DNA of 60,994 nucleotides, counting the filler, from Basidiobolus meristosporus CBS 931.73 (lineage: Eukaryota; Fungi; Basidiobolomycota): the NCBI GenBank assembly GCA_002104905.1. It is 4 parts of 4 records of this genome, joined end to end, with 100 filler letters (N's around TTAATTAATTAA, not from the genome) between each part and the next. Parts side by side here need not be neighbours in the genome. Positions count along the whole stretch, not along the records: positions 36,557 to 60,994 come from MCFE01000949.1; 3 more parts are not named here. One strand, given 5' to 3'. This document shows, one piece after another, positions 49,330 to 60,954 of this stretch. Position numbers and translations under genes: made by a program. The notes under the pieces are model-generated. The model worked only from the letters and a program-made list of their open reading frames with translations. It was not told the DNA's origin and searched no databases. Numbering within the stretch: position 1 is the stretch's first letter; each line of letters opens with the position of its first letter.

Positions 49330-49410
49330 CATTCTCCCTAACATCCACATCCACATCCACGCCCGCAACCACACCCACGCTCATACTCACACTCATACTC
49401 ACGGTCATGG
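49330..49410 (+). repeat. Degenerate CAYnCN hexamer tract
   Basis: catccacatccacatccacgcccgcaaccacacccacgctcatactcacactcatactcac. Confidence 0.7.
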
Positions 49411-49664
49411 CCACATCAATATGATTTGAATGGTTCAATCATTTCGCAGGGTCACGTATAAAGATAATGTATCCCACAAGATCTCCTTTTCACTGCTCCT
49501 TCACAAAAGCATATTATTCTTATCAAATTGCGTAGTGCAAAGCTAACTGAAGCAACAGCCAATAATGGGTTAATCCATATGGCATTCTAACCAAGAAAAC
49601 AAATATCGTTGTCGAATAGTTAATGAAATCCTTTATAAGTGACTTCGGGAGTGGGGTTACAAAA

Positions 49665-51205
49665 TCACTCAAGTATTAGCAGATTACAAAGCATATTTGG
49701 GTTTTCCATCAACTTCTCATTCTGACAACGAGCTAGATGTGGGTTGTTGATTCTGGAATGGGTGCGGCCATAGAATGTATAGATAACAATACCAATACCC
49801 ATCCATATGAAGAGACGAGTTATAGCTGAGGTTAGGGTGGTGCAGAACAAAAGGATGGTTAAGGCAGCTCCAAGAACAGGAATCACGAATGGTCCAGGGG
49901 GAACCTTGAATCTACATGGAATGTCCGGGCGTTGGAAGCGAAGAATGATGATGACACTAATATTCATTGAGAAGAATGCAAGCAAAGTTCCAGCTGTGGT
50001 AGTGCTACTAAGTATGTCAACAGGAAGCACTCCGCCAAGTAAGGCACAAAGAACACCAGAGAGGGTAGTTGTGAACCAGGGAGTCTTGTATTAGTCCATC
50101 GTTGGCCATAGTATAGAAGATACGTGGCTGACCCATCAATAGAATCAGCATGGCCGAGGCTATGCCAAAAATAGTTCCCAAGCTGACAACAAAATTCAAC
50201 CAGCTCAAGCCAGTTATAGCGATGAGGATTGAGATAGGTTTAGCGGCATTTTGTCCTGGAGATTTATAGGGAGAAGTACCAACCGCAACGAGGGAAACGG
50301 CGATGAAAGAACTATGCAAATGGCCAAGGTACCACAGACAATCAGCAAATTCCTCTGGGAGCTTTTTGCTCCCAGGGCCGTCGTGGAGATGATGTCTAAT
50401 CTAATATACGCAACAAAACTGCACTGACGGTAGAGAACATACCGGAAACACCGTACTTCCCGAACTCACCTTCATTAGGTGGGAAGAATGGGGTGTAGTT
50501 GTCGGGGTTTATATATTTGATACAGGTGAAGATGATAAGCAGGACCGTGAGGACCTTGACGACAACCAACACTGCGTTTACTCGTGTAGATTGACGGATG
50601 TCAAAGCATAGTAGTATGGTAAACATTAAGGAAACCGCAATAGCAGGAAGGTTAAGATAGTTGCCAGTCGTTATGAAGGCCTCCCCAAAAAACGCGACTG
50701 GAGAGTTCACCCACTTGGTGCTTATTTTACAGTTAAATGCGATTTCAAGAAACGCTATGAAATAGGCGGACCAACCAATAGAGACAGTGGCAGTACTAAC
50801 CAGATATCAATCCTACCTACAATCCAAGCGATCAATTTGCCCATTGCTGTGTAGGTGTAGGTGTAGGCGTAGGTGTAGGTGTAGGCGTAGGTGTAGGTGT
50901 AAGCGGAGCCGGCCATGGGAATCATGGAGGCCATTTCGGAGTATGAGAGAGCAATGAATCCAGTGGCGATACCAGAAACAATAAAGGTGACAGCAATAGC
51001 GGGACCAGCTTTGGTAGCGGCACCGATTGCAGCCAACATGAAAATACCCATTAGCCCCTATCCCTACTGACATCAATTCCATGACGCCCAATGTACGCTT
51101 CATTTCGGAGTTATCCAGTTCGGTTTGAATCTGCTCCATGCTCTTGACAGCAAAGAGTCTCAACCATCAAGGATTTTGACTATCTTGATGCCCACGTTGC
51201 TTTAG
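49665..51205 (-). pseudogene. Permease pseudogene P2 (mosaic, frameshifted, repeat expansion)
   Basis: No ATG; TGA replaces the first W of PWW; several deletions and frameshifts; (GTGTAG/GCGTAG)n at 50848-50902. Confidence 0.92.
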
Positions 51206-51501
51206 ACCGAGTAAAGACAATACTTTTATATATATGCTGTAAAGTGGTTACACAATACTTTTGAAAGATAACATAATGTGGATGTGCTTGGCAAATGAGT
51301 TCTGACACATACGAATCTCGAAAGTAGGTTTTCAAAATAAAGTTTTCAGATGAATATTGGTGATGGTTGATTGGTAGTATAGCTCAGCTTCACTAGGACA
51401 ATGTTATCGTTGAATACTCAGCTTTGCTAGGGCAATGTCGTTGAATACCTGATAATATTCTTTACAATTTACCAATGGATGAGATTACAGGATTGCTCGT
51501 T

Positions 51502-53019
51502 TTAGGTCGATTCTTTTACGGTCTGATAGCCAGATACATGTAAAATGTTGATTCTGGTGTAGCTGCAACCGTAGAATGCATAGATGACAACACCAATACC
51601 CATCCATATGAAAAAATGAACAATGGTTGAGGCTGGGATGGTGCAAAATAAAAGGACGGATATTCCAGCTCCGAGAATAGGAATCACGAATGGGCCAAGG
51701 GGGACCTTGAATCTACGTGGTTTACCTGGGTATTTGAAGCGAAGAATGATGACATTGATATTCACCAGGAAGAATGCAAACAGTGTTCCAACCGAGGTCA
51801 TATCACCAAGTACGTCAACGGGGAGAACGCCTCCAAGTAAGGCACAGAGAACACCAGAGAGGATGGTTGTGAACCAGGGGGTCTTGTATTTGGGGTGGAT
51901 TCTGGCAGCAACCTCAGGGAAGAATCCGTCTATAGCCATAGCATTCAAGATGCGCGACTGACCCATCAGTAGAATCAGCACGACTGAGGCCGAGCCAAAG
52001 ATGGTACCCAAACTGACAACAATATTTAACCAGTTCAAGCCAGTGGTAGCGATGAGGATTGCGATGGGTTTAGCGGCATTCTGACCTGCTGGGTGCAAAT
52101 CTCCGTAGGGGACAACTCCAGTCATAACCAAGCCTACTGCAATGTTTAAAAAGGTACATATAAGCAAAGAACCCAAAATACCAATGGGTAAATCTCTTTG
52201 GGGATTTTTCGCTTCCTGTGAAGTAGAAGAAACAACGTCGAATCCGATATAGGTAAAGAAGACAGTAGTGGCGGCGGAGAACGTGCCAGAAATACCGTAC
52301 TTCCCGAATTCACCTTCATTAGGTGGGAAGAATGGGGTGTAGTTGTCGGGGTTTATATATTTGATACAGGTGAAGATGGTAAGCAGGACCGTGAGGACCT
52401 TGACGACAACCAACACGGCGTTTACTCGCGTAGATTGACGGATGTCAAAGCATAGTAGTATGGTAAACACTAAGGAAATCGCAATAGCAGGAAGGTTAAG
52501 ATAGTTGCCAGTCGTTATGAAGGCCTCCCCAAAAAATGCGACTGGAGAGTTCACCCACTTGGTGCTTATTTTACAGTTAAATGCGATTTCAAGAAACGCT
52601 ATGAAATAGGCGGACCAACCAATGGAGACAGTGGCAGCACCAACCATATACTCCAGGATTAAATTCCAACCTATAATCCAAGCGATGAATTCGCCCATTG
52701 CTGCGCAAGTGTAGGCGTAAGCGGAGCCGGCCATGGGAATCATGGAGGCCATCTCGGAGTAAGAGAGAGCGGTGAACGCAGCAGCAATCCCAGAAATAAC
52801 AAAAGAGACGACAATGGAGGGACCAGCTTTTTCAGCGGCAGCTATTCCAGCAAACGTGAAAATACCCATGCCAATGCTGGCACCTATGCCTACCGATACT
52901 AAATCCAAAATGTTCAACGTTCGCTTCATTTCTGAGTGAGCTGCTTCGACTCGGGTCTGCTCTATGCTTCTAACAGTAAAGGGCTTGAGCCACCAAGGTT
53001 TTTTTCTATGTTTTCTCAT
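51502..53019 (-). CDS. APC/CAT-like amino-acid permease P3, about 505 aa
   Basis: Same motif set; variant TM1 GASIGMGIF and WNLILEY; ATG at 53019 (GTG-type start at 53040 in the ORF track). Confidence 0.88.
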   Translation of the reverse strand: MRKHRKKPWWLKPFTVRSIEQTRVEAAHSEMKRTLNILDLVSVGIGASIGMGIFTFAGIAAAEKAGPSIVVSFVISGIAAAFTALSYSEMASMIPMAGSAYAYTCAAMGEFIAWIIGWNLILEYMVGAATVSIGWSAYFIAFLEIAFNCKISTKWVNSPVAFFGEAFITTGNYLNLPAIAISLVFTILLCFDIRQSTRVNAVLVVVKVLTVLLTIFTCIKYINPDNYTPFFPPNEGEFGKYGISGTFSAATTVFFTYIGFDVVSSTSQEAKNPQRDLPIGILGSLLICTFLNIAVGLVMTGVVPYGDLHPAGQNAAKPIAILIATTGLNWLNIVVSLGTIFGSASVVLILLMGQSRILNAMAIDGFFPEVAARIHPKYKTPWFTTILSGVLCALLGGVLPVDVLGDMTSVGTLFAFFLVNINVIILRFKYPGKPRRFKVPLGPFVIPILGAGISVLLFCTIPASTIVHFFIWMGIGVVIYAFYGCSYTRINILHVSGYQTVKEST

Positions 53020-53640
53020 TGTATCTAGATCGTTATCCAATAGCCAACAGAGCCTTATATACTACTGATAACTTCGAAAAGTTACACGAAATCATTTAAC
53101 CTACTTTTGGGTAAATCTGTCTGGTACTTGGCAAACGGGTTTCTGAATGGTTCAACAACCTCACAACAACCGGGGCGTTGACTATTTACATGCCACTTGG
53201 TATGGACTTCAATGTACAGGCCAACACTATTTGCTATCACATCTCAGAGCCTTATTTATTTAGTTTGTTAAGCCGTAGCGAGTAGTAATACACTAGTATC
53301 CTGATACTATGGGTACTTTTTTTGCACAACATTTGGTTTGCAGGTGGATTTATGTGAATATCACCTTTTCCGTTGTTCACCACTTCACTCACCTGCCAGA
53401 GGTTAAAACGCATAATGGCTAAGAGCGGTGCCACTATATGGAATAGCGTGTAAAACAAGAGAAAAAGATAGTCACACACATAATGCGCACAACCATGCAT
53501 TGATATGTAACTTATTTTGGAGTGATCCATTCTATTCATTCACTATTCGGACAGTCAGATAATCGCATTACTTATTAGGGGTGCTATCTACAATATAATT
53601 ATAGGGTTTGAGATAAGCTATTTTCATTCCCGCAACTAGT

Positions 53641-55236
53641 CTATCGCAGGCTACGAAGTGGAATATCCTTGTGGTATGCTACGGGCTTGTTGATTTTCCC
53701 ACCGCTGGGCTGAGACAGCTGAGGGTTGTTGATTTTGGAATGTGTGCGGCCATACAGTGCATAGACCATGAGCCCGACGCCAATCCACACGGCCAGATGT
53801 ATGATGGTTGATGGTGAGGTTGTCGAGAGCAGAACAATGGACAATGCAGCTCCGATAACCGGGATCACGAATGGGCCCAAGGGGATTTTGAACCTTCTTG
53901 GAGTGTCTGGACACCTGAAGCGGAGCACAATGACTCCGATATTGACAAAGAAGAAAGCAAACAAGGTGCCTGCCGTGGTAATGTCGCTAAGCACGTCAAC
54001 AGGAAACATGCCCCCTAATAGCGCACAAAGAACACCGGATAGGGTAGTTGTGAACCAGGGAGTCTTGTATTTGGGGTGGATTCTGGCAGCAATCTCAGGG
54101 AACAGCCCATCCTTGGCCATGGCGTTAAAGATACGAGGTTGCCCCATCAACAGAATCAGTATAACTGAGGACAAGCCAAAAATGATCCCCATGCAAAGAA
54201 TAATACTTAGCCAAGTCAATCCTGTTCTAGCTGCGAGAATAGTGATGGAAGTAGAGACATTGCCAGGGTCACTACTGTCAATGAATGGGTGTAATTCCTT
54301 GTAGGGAACAACACCAGTCATTATGAGACAAACGCCAATGTAAAGGATGATGCATACGACCAGAGAGCCGCAGATGACAATTGGTAGGTCTCGCTGGGGA
54401 TTCTTTGCTTCTTGGGCGGTCGTGGAAATGATGTCGAATCCAATATACGCAAAGAAGACTGTACTGGCGGCAGAGAACACGCCAGAAACGCCGTACTTTG
54501 CAAATCTACCCTCGTTGGGAGGTATGAATGGAGTATAGTTTGCGGGGTTGATGTGCTTGATGCAGGCGAAGATGGTGAGGAGTACCACAATAACCTTGAT
54601 GGAAACCATGACGCTGTTGACTCGCGTGGATTCCCGAATACCGAAGCACAGAAGGGTCGTGATCACAAGGGAAATGACGACGGCCGGGACATTAAGATAA
54701 TCGCCAGTTGTCATGAAGGAGCCGCTCTCAAACTTGATCGGGGAGTTTACCCACTTGGTGCTTATTTTACAATTAAATCCTATTTCAAGAAACGCAACCA
54801 GGTAGGCAGACCAGCCAACAGAGGCAGTAGCAGCACCAACAAGATACTCCAAGATCAAGTCCCAGCCGATAATCCAACCGATCAGTTCGCCCATTGCTGC
54901 GTAAGTGTAGGTGTAAGCGGAGCCAGCCACGGGAATCATGGAGGCCATCTCGGAGTATGAGAGGGCACTGAACGCAGCAACAATCCCAGAAACAATGAAA
55001 GAGACAACAATGGCGGGACCAGCTTTTTCAGCGGCAGCGACTCCAGTCAAAATAAATATACCCGTGCCAATTGTGGCACCTAGTCCTACTGACGCTAAAT
55101 CCATGATGTCCAAAGTACGTTTCATTTCTGAGCTCGCCAGTTCAGTCTGAATCTGCTCCATACTTTTGACAGCAAAGAGTCTCAACCACCATGGATTTTT
55201 TCCATCCTGGTATGAGACATGGCCCAATTTTCTCAT
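53641..55236 (-). CDS. APC/CAT-like amino-acid permease P4, 531 aa
   Basis: Near-identical to P1 over long blocks, including about 130 nt of 3' flank. Confidence 0.93.
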   Translation of the reverse strand: MRKLGHVSYQDGKNPWWLRLFAVKSMEQIQTELASSEMKRTLDIMDLASVGLGATIGTGIFILTGVAAAEKAGPAIVVSFIVSGIVAAFSALSYSEMASMIPVAGSAYTYTYAAMGELIGWIIGWDLILEYLVGAATASVGWSAYLVAFLEIGFNCKISTKWVNSPIKFESGSFMTTGDYLNVPAVVISLVITTLLCFGIRESTRVNSVMVSIKVIVVLLTIFACIKHINPANYTPFIPPNEGRFAKYGVSGVFSAASTVFFAYIGFDIISTTAQEAKNPQRDLPIVICGSLVVCIILYIGVCLIMTGVVPYKELHPFIDSSDPGNVSTSITILAARTGLTWLSIILCMGIIFGLSSVILILLMGQPRIFNAMAKDGLFPEIAARIHPKYKTPWFTTTLSGVLCALLGGMFPVDVLSDITTAGTLFAFFFVNIGVIVLRFRCPDTPRRFKIPLGPFVIPVIGAALSIVLLSTTSPSTIIHLAVWIGVGLMVYALYGRTHSKINNPQLSQPSGGKINKPVAYHKDIPLRSLR

Positions 55237-56019
55237 TGAATCTAAATTAGAGGGGAGAAGGTAACTTCAGCTGGTTTGCTCATATACTCTTATATACTAT
55301 CAAGAATCAGGTTACCAACTTCCCATGGACATGATGCAGCAAAACCACTGTACCTTACGAGAAAAGTAAGGATGCGCCAATATTGGAACGGCAGGTCACA
55401 CAAGCCTAGCTACCCATATTACCTATTTGCTTATCGTTTAGTTTAATCATGCACCTCGATACCATCCAAAATGTGTACCTCCTTTGTGCACCAGCCTTTG
55501 ATCAGTATGGCAGCCCAATATTTGAAATGGAATCTTCTCCCTTCAAACAGGATACCCGCCCTGATCGTAGAAACGGTACTACAAACACCGTCTTATTCAC
55601 ATAATTGCTTGACTAGTAAGAGAGTAGATAAGCCGTGGCTGAGCTTAAATGATGACCGAAAAACTCTAAAACATAGGGAATAGTGAGCCCTAAGTAGTCA
55701 CTACCTTTTCCAGGGAAGAGATATAACTAGCCAGAGTCAATACGGTTAGCCGTTATGCTACACATACCTTCTAAATTACCAGTGGTATACAGCCGGAGAG
55801 GCGTACGTCAGCTTGGAGATGATTGCGAAGGTATGCGGGTTGGTTTGGTTGGTGCGAAAGTAAGTGAGTGTGAGAGTGTGTGATATATCCAGACCTACAG
55901 AGTGTGGCAGTAAGTAACAAGTCTAGGCCTATCCTAAATTGCTGTTAAAAGTCAATCAGGTGACTGAAAACACGTAGAGAACGTAGATTATGTGTTGTTT
56001 ATTCTCCACACCTATATCC

Positions 56020-56100
56020 ATGACTCACACTTACACTTACACTCATACCCACACCAACATCAACACCCTCAGCTACAATTTCACATTTACTCACACCTAT
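56020..56100 (+). repeat. Degenerate CAYnCN hexamer tract (positional counterpart of 49330-49410)
   Basis: catgactcacacttacacttacactcatacccacaccaacatcaacaccctcag. Confidence 0.65.
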
Positions 56101-56455
56101 GTCATTATATCATTTGCACAGCCCAATATCTGACATCCAAAGTGAATGTTTCCATCCTTCCCCATTGGACACCAGAAGACTAACTGTTAGCCTTATTCCA
56201 AAGGCCAATATTTCACGGATTGGAAGCGACCGCCACTATAGAGCTAAGAATTGCTTTAACAAATATAAGCTAAAGTTACTGAGGAGCTAAACTTATTAAC
56301 GTTACACAGAAATCATCGAGTCTCTTAACTGAATATTTATATAGCATAACACAGCTTTACAGGGGCAATGTTGGTGTTGAATATTTAATAAAATCCTTTA
56401 CAAGTGGCTTCAGGAATGGGATTACAAAATTACTGAATGTTAAAATATTAATGGA

Positions 56456-58015
56456 TTAAAAAGCATGCTCGGGGTTTCCCATTGGCTTCTCCTCGTTCTG
56501 ATAACGAGCTAGATGTGGGTTGTTGATTTTGGAATGGGTGCGGCCATAGAATATATAGATAACAATACCAATACCCATCCATACGAAGAGACGAGCAATG
56601 GTTGAGGTTGAGGCAGTGCAAAGCAGAAGGATGGATAAGGCAGCTCCAAGAACAGGAATCACGAATGGGCCAAGGGGGACCTTAAATTTACGTGGAATGT
56701 CTGGGCGTTTGAAGCGAAGAATGATGACACCGATGTTCACCAAGAAGAATGCAAACAGTGTTCCAACTGAGGTCATATCACCAAGTACATCAACGGGGAG
56801 AATACCTCCAAGTAAGGCACAAAGGACGCCAGAGAGGGTAGTTGTGAACCAGGGAGTCTTGTATTTGGGGTGGATCCTGGCAGCAATCTCGGGGAAGAGT
56901 CCATCCTTGGCCATAGCATAGAAAATACGTGGCTGACCCATCAATAGAATCAACATGACTGAGGCTAAGCCGAAGATGATACCCAAGCTGACAATAATAT
57001 TCAACCAGTTCATGCCGGTAGCAGCGATGAGGATTGCGATAGGCTTAGCGGCATTTTGACCTGGTGGGTGCAACTCTCTGTAGGGGACAACACCAGTCAT
57101 AATGAAGCACACAGCGATGTACAGAATGGTACAAATGATCAGAGAGCCGCAGATACCAATGGGTAAATCTCTTTGAGGGTTCTTTGCTTCCTGTGCAGCG
57201 GTGGAGATAGCATCAAATCCAATGTATGCAAAGAAGACGGTGGTGGCGGCGGAAAACATGCCAGAAACACCATACTTCTCAAACTTGCCCTCGTTAGGTG
57301 GGAAGAATGGAGTATAGTTGTCAGGGTTGATATTTTTGATACAAGCGAAGATGGTAAGAAGGACAACGACGACTTTGATGCCGACCATGACAGTGTTGAC
57401 TCGCGCAGATTCCCGGATACCAAAGCATAGAAGACCTGTAATCGCGAGTGAAATCACAATGGCTGGAATGTTGATGTAGTCCCCGGTAGTTACGAACGCA
57501 TCATCCACATAAGACACTGGAGAGTTGACCCACTTGGAGCTCATTTTATATCCGAATGCACTCTCAATGAAAGCGGTGAAGTAGGCGGACCAGCCAACGG
57601 AGACAGTAGCAGCACCAACAAGATATTCCAAAATCAAATCCCATCCAATAATCCAGCCGATAAACTCACCCATGGTAGCGTAGGTGTAAGTGTAAGCAGA
57701 ACCAGCAACCGGAATCATACAAGCCATTTCAGAGTAAGAAAGAGCAGCGGTACCAGCAGCGATACCAGACACAATGAAGGAGATTGCGATGGCTGGGCCA
57801 GCCTTGTCAGCAGCAGCAATACCGGTCAACACGAAGATACCAGTACCAATGATGGCACCAATACCTACTGAAGTCAGGTCCACATAGTTTAATGAACGTT
57901 TCATTTCCGAGTTAGCAACTTCAGACTGGAGCTGCTCCATGCTCTTGACTGTGAAGAGCTTTTGCCACCAGGACTTTTGTCCAGCTTCGTATGAGACGAC
58001 TTCTGATTTACTCAT
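56456..58015 (-). CDS. APC/CAT-like amino-acid permease P5, about 519 aa
   Basis: GIGAIIGTGIF and the full motif set; ATG at 58015. Confidence 0.93.
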   Translation of the reverse strand: MSKSEVVSYEAGQKSWWQKLFTVKSMEQLQSEVANSEMKRSLNYVDLTSVGIGAIIGTGIFVLTGIAAADKAGPAIAISFIVSGIAAGTAALSYSEMACMIPVAGSAYTYTYATMGEFIGWIIGWDLILEYLVGAATVSVGWSAYFTAFIESAFGYKMSSKWVNSPVSYVDDAFVTTGDYINIPAIVISLAITGLLCFGIRESARVNTVMVGIKVVVVLLTIFACIKNINPDNYTPFFPPNEGKFEKYGVSGMFSAATTVFFAYIGFDAISTAAQEAKNPQRDLPIGICGSLIICTILYIAVCFIMTGVVPYRELHPPGQNAAKPIAILIAATGMNWLNIIVSLGIIFGLASVMLILLMGQPRIFYAMAKDGLFPEIAARIHPKYKTPWFTTTLSGVLCALLGGILPVDVLGDMTSVGTLFAFFLVNIGVIILRFKRPDIPRKFKVPLGPFVIPVLGAALSILLLCTASTSTIARLFVWMGIGIVIYIFYGRTHSKINNPHLARYQNEEKPMGNPEHAF

Positions 58016-59418
58016 ATTCCAACAGATGCAATTATTTGGCAATGAGAATTAGTAATCGAAGAGTAGATAAATAAATAGAAGCAAAAAGAGATGGTGTTTA
58101 GTGGACCTGCAGTGGACCTTATATACTGTTGAGGAGAACACTGCTTCCCATGGTCATGAAGCGCTCAACATAAGGATATAGATTCCAAGTCACACAAACT
58201 CATCTTTCATTATACATGATTACTTATCCAGAGATAGCACCACAAATCTTAATCCGCTCGCAGTTAACATCATGTGAAGTGTGTTCCAACGGATGCGTGT
58301 GCTTCCATCCCCAGCTACATTTCCATACGCTTGGTGTTTTCTGATAACCAGTTTTTCGGGCTTAAGGCCGGAATCTTCCTCCTACTAACGCTTTGTTGAG
58401 CACATGAGATCTTGAACACCCACCCTGCAACCATTCGGTGATCCGTTTGATAAGATCTCAACCAATCTGCTCCACCGGGGGGAGCTCACGTATCGTCAAA
58501 CCGAGGCCTTTAGAATTGGATCCAAGTGGAACTGATGAAAATTCTCGATCATTAATGACCGAGACATTTAACGGATATGGCTACGAATCTAAATACCAGA
58601 AGGTTAATTGGTTTGGTGCAGTTCGAGAGTTGTTTGCGCTCTAATTGAATCATTGTTATTATGGCATATCAACCAACAGGCTGACCTTTTGGCACTCCTG
58701 CACATATGGCATATCAGCCAACTCCACACATTCACCATCATTGACCAACTCCAGTTCCAAAAATAATCCCCATCATTGGTCAAGCTCCAAATGTAACCAC
58801 CCACTCTGAGTAATGCTTCGCGCTCTATTAAGGTAGATTGCCACTGAATGCCTTTGAATGCCACTGAATTCAAACCAAATTGGATGGTGAATGAATGGTT
58901 CGACTGGTTTAGGAACTGACATGTGTGATCATTATTTGAGAGGGTTGCCATAAGAGGGATTCCATCATGCGTGTGACCAAGTTCAAAACATCGCAAACTC
59001 TAAACCTTGATTTAGCCACATCAATGTACACTTTCCCATATGTGTAACGAAACTACAGTACCGCGCAAGCGGTTCGAGTTCAGATCGAATTTTCTGATCA
59101 TTTACCCATGCATCCAATATTTTCTCAAGGTCGGTTCTGCATTGTGTGTGCGTATTGGTAAATTCGTGAGATCCAGGTTGGGGTTGGGTCAGGTCCAATC
59201 CACCCACCTAGGATGATGTTCTACATTGGTTTCACTCTCCTCATTGAGTGGAGGTGACATGGATAATGCATACAAAGACTCCATTTCTCTTATAAATGCC
59301 CTTTTGTGTGACTTCTGTCAGCGTGTTATCTCTTCTTTTATTCGCTTTCTTGATTCTTGTACGAGGTTCAACTTGATTATCCAAACTTCAATCATTCGTT
59401 TGCAACCGTAACTTTATC

Positions 59419-60954
59419 ATGAAACCCGAAGTTACCAATTACGAGGGGCCCAAGAGGAGTTGGTGGAGAAAACTCTTTGCTGTCAAGAGTTTGGACCGGT
59501 TGCAAGCCGATGCCGAGGAGTCCGTGCTGAGACGTTCGCTGAACTTTATGGACCTGACTGCAATAGGGATCGGTGCCATCATCGGGACCGGTATCTTTGT
59601 CCTAACAGGAATTGCCGCTGCGAAAAACGCTGGGCCTGCTGTTGTACTGTCTTTCGTGGTATCGGGTATTGCCGCTGGCACGGCAGCACTCTCCTACTCG
59701 GAGATGGCGTGTATGATTCCAGTGGCCGGATCCGCTTATACCTACGCCTACGCTACCATGGGCGAACTGGTAGGTTGGATCATTGGATGGGACCTGATTC
59801 TGGAGTATTTGGTAGGCGCCGCAACCGTGTCAGTTGGGTGGTCTGGCTACTTCAAGTCGTTTTTCAAGAGCGCCTTCGGTCTTAACATGAGCGAAAGATG
59901 GACCGAGGCCCCCTTTACCTTCGACACAAAAACCCAATCGTTCAGCATGTCGGGAAATATCCTGAATATCCCTGCCATTGTGATCTCGCTTGCTATCACT
60001 GCTCTTCTGTGCTTCGGCGTTCGAGAATCGGCACGGCTGAATACAGTGATTGTCATAGTAAAAATCATTGTGATCCTGCTATTCATCTTCGCATGCATAA
60101 AGAATGTCAATCCTGATAACTACACCCCCTTCTTCCCACCCAACGAAGGTAGCTTCAACCAATTTGGCGTGTCGGGCATGTTTGCCGCTGCAACCACCGT
60201 GTTTTTTTCTTATATTGGGTTTGATGCCATATCCACTGCAGCTCAGGAGTCCAAGAACCCCCAACGAGATCTGCCCATTGGTATATGCGGCTCCTTAATT
60301 ATCTGTACTGTGCTTTACATAGCGGTCTGCTTTATCATGACTGGAGTTGTACCATACAAGGAGCTTAATGTCCCAGCCCCTATATCTGTGGTGATTGCCC
60401 GTACAGGCATGAGCTGGTTAGGGGTGATCGTGGAATTTGGTGCCCTGATAGGCCTCACCTCGGTGATACTAGTGTTGCTAATGGGCCAGCCTCGCATATT
60501 CTATGCCATGGCCTGCGATGGCTTGTTCCCTGCGGTTGCCACCAAAGTCCACCCTCGCTTCAAAACCCCCTGGGTAACAACAATGATATCTGGTATCGCC
60601 TGTGCCGTGCTTGGCGGGATCCTTCCAGTTGATGTTCTTGGAGAGATGACTTCGGTAGGAACACTGTTTGCTTTCGTGCTAGTGAACATCGGAGTGATCA
60701 TTCTTCGATTCAAACGGCCGGATGTACCCCGCAAGTTCAAGGTCCCACTGGGGCCGTTCGTGATCCCGGTCATTGGGGCGGCATTGTCCGTTCTGCTTAT
60801 CTGCACCGCCACGGTTTCTACCATAGCTCGGCTTTTCATCTGGATGGGAATCGGACTTCTGATATACATCTTCTACGGGCGCACACACTCAAAGCTGAAC
60901 AACCCGCAATTGGTCTCTGATATACATGATCACGTTGATAAAGAGGAAACTTAG
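59419..60954 (+). CDS. APC/CAT-like amino-acid permease P6, 511 aa, divergently transcribed
   Basis: Full motif set; most divergent paralog; lacks the HP(P/A)GQNAA-type loop insertion. Confidence 0.94.
   Translation: MKPEVTNYEGPKRSWWRKLFAVKSLDRLQADAEESVLRRSLNFMDLTAIGIGAIIGTGIFVLTGIAAAKNAGPAVVLSFVVSGIAAGTAALSYSEMACMIPVAGSAYTYAYATMGELVGWIIGWDLILEYLVGAATVSVGWSGYFKSFFKSAFGLNMSERWTEAPFTFDTKTQSFSMSGNILNIPAIVISLAITALLCFGVRESARLNTVIVIVKIIVILLFIFACIKNVNPDNYTPFFPPNEGSFNQFGVSGMFAAATTVFFSYIGFDAISTAAQESKNPQRDLPIGICGSLIICTVLYIAVCFIMTGVVPYKELNVPAPISVVIARTGMSWLGVIVEFGALIGLTSVILVLLMGQPRIFYAMACDGLFPAVATKVHPRFKTPWVTTMISGIACAVLGGILPVDVLGEMTSVGTLFAFVLVNIGVIILRFKRPDVPRKFKVPLGPFVIPVIGAALSVLLICTATVSTIARLFIWMGIGLLIYIFYGRTHSKLNNPQLVSDIHDHVDKEET

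Noticed and set aside
55992-56183. His-rich 63-aa ORF
   Set aside because: Translation of the CA-rich hexamer tract; the counterpart at 49.3 kb has no equivalent ORF
58050-59418. 130-aa ORF and scattered GATA sites in the P5/P6 divergent promoter
   Set aside because: The ORF has no recognisable features; GATA density is not clearly above chance without a statistical test
47261-60888. Many antisense and alternate-frame ORFs over the permease genes (e.g. 178 aa, 182 aa)
   Set aside because: Shadows of GC-richer coding sequence, repeated only because the genes are duplicated
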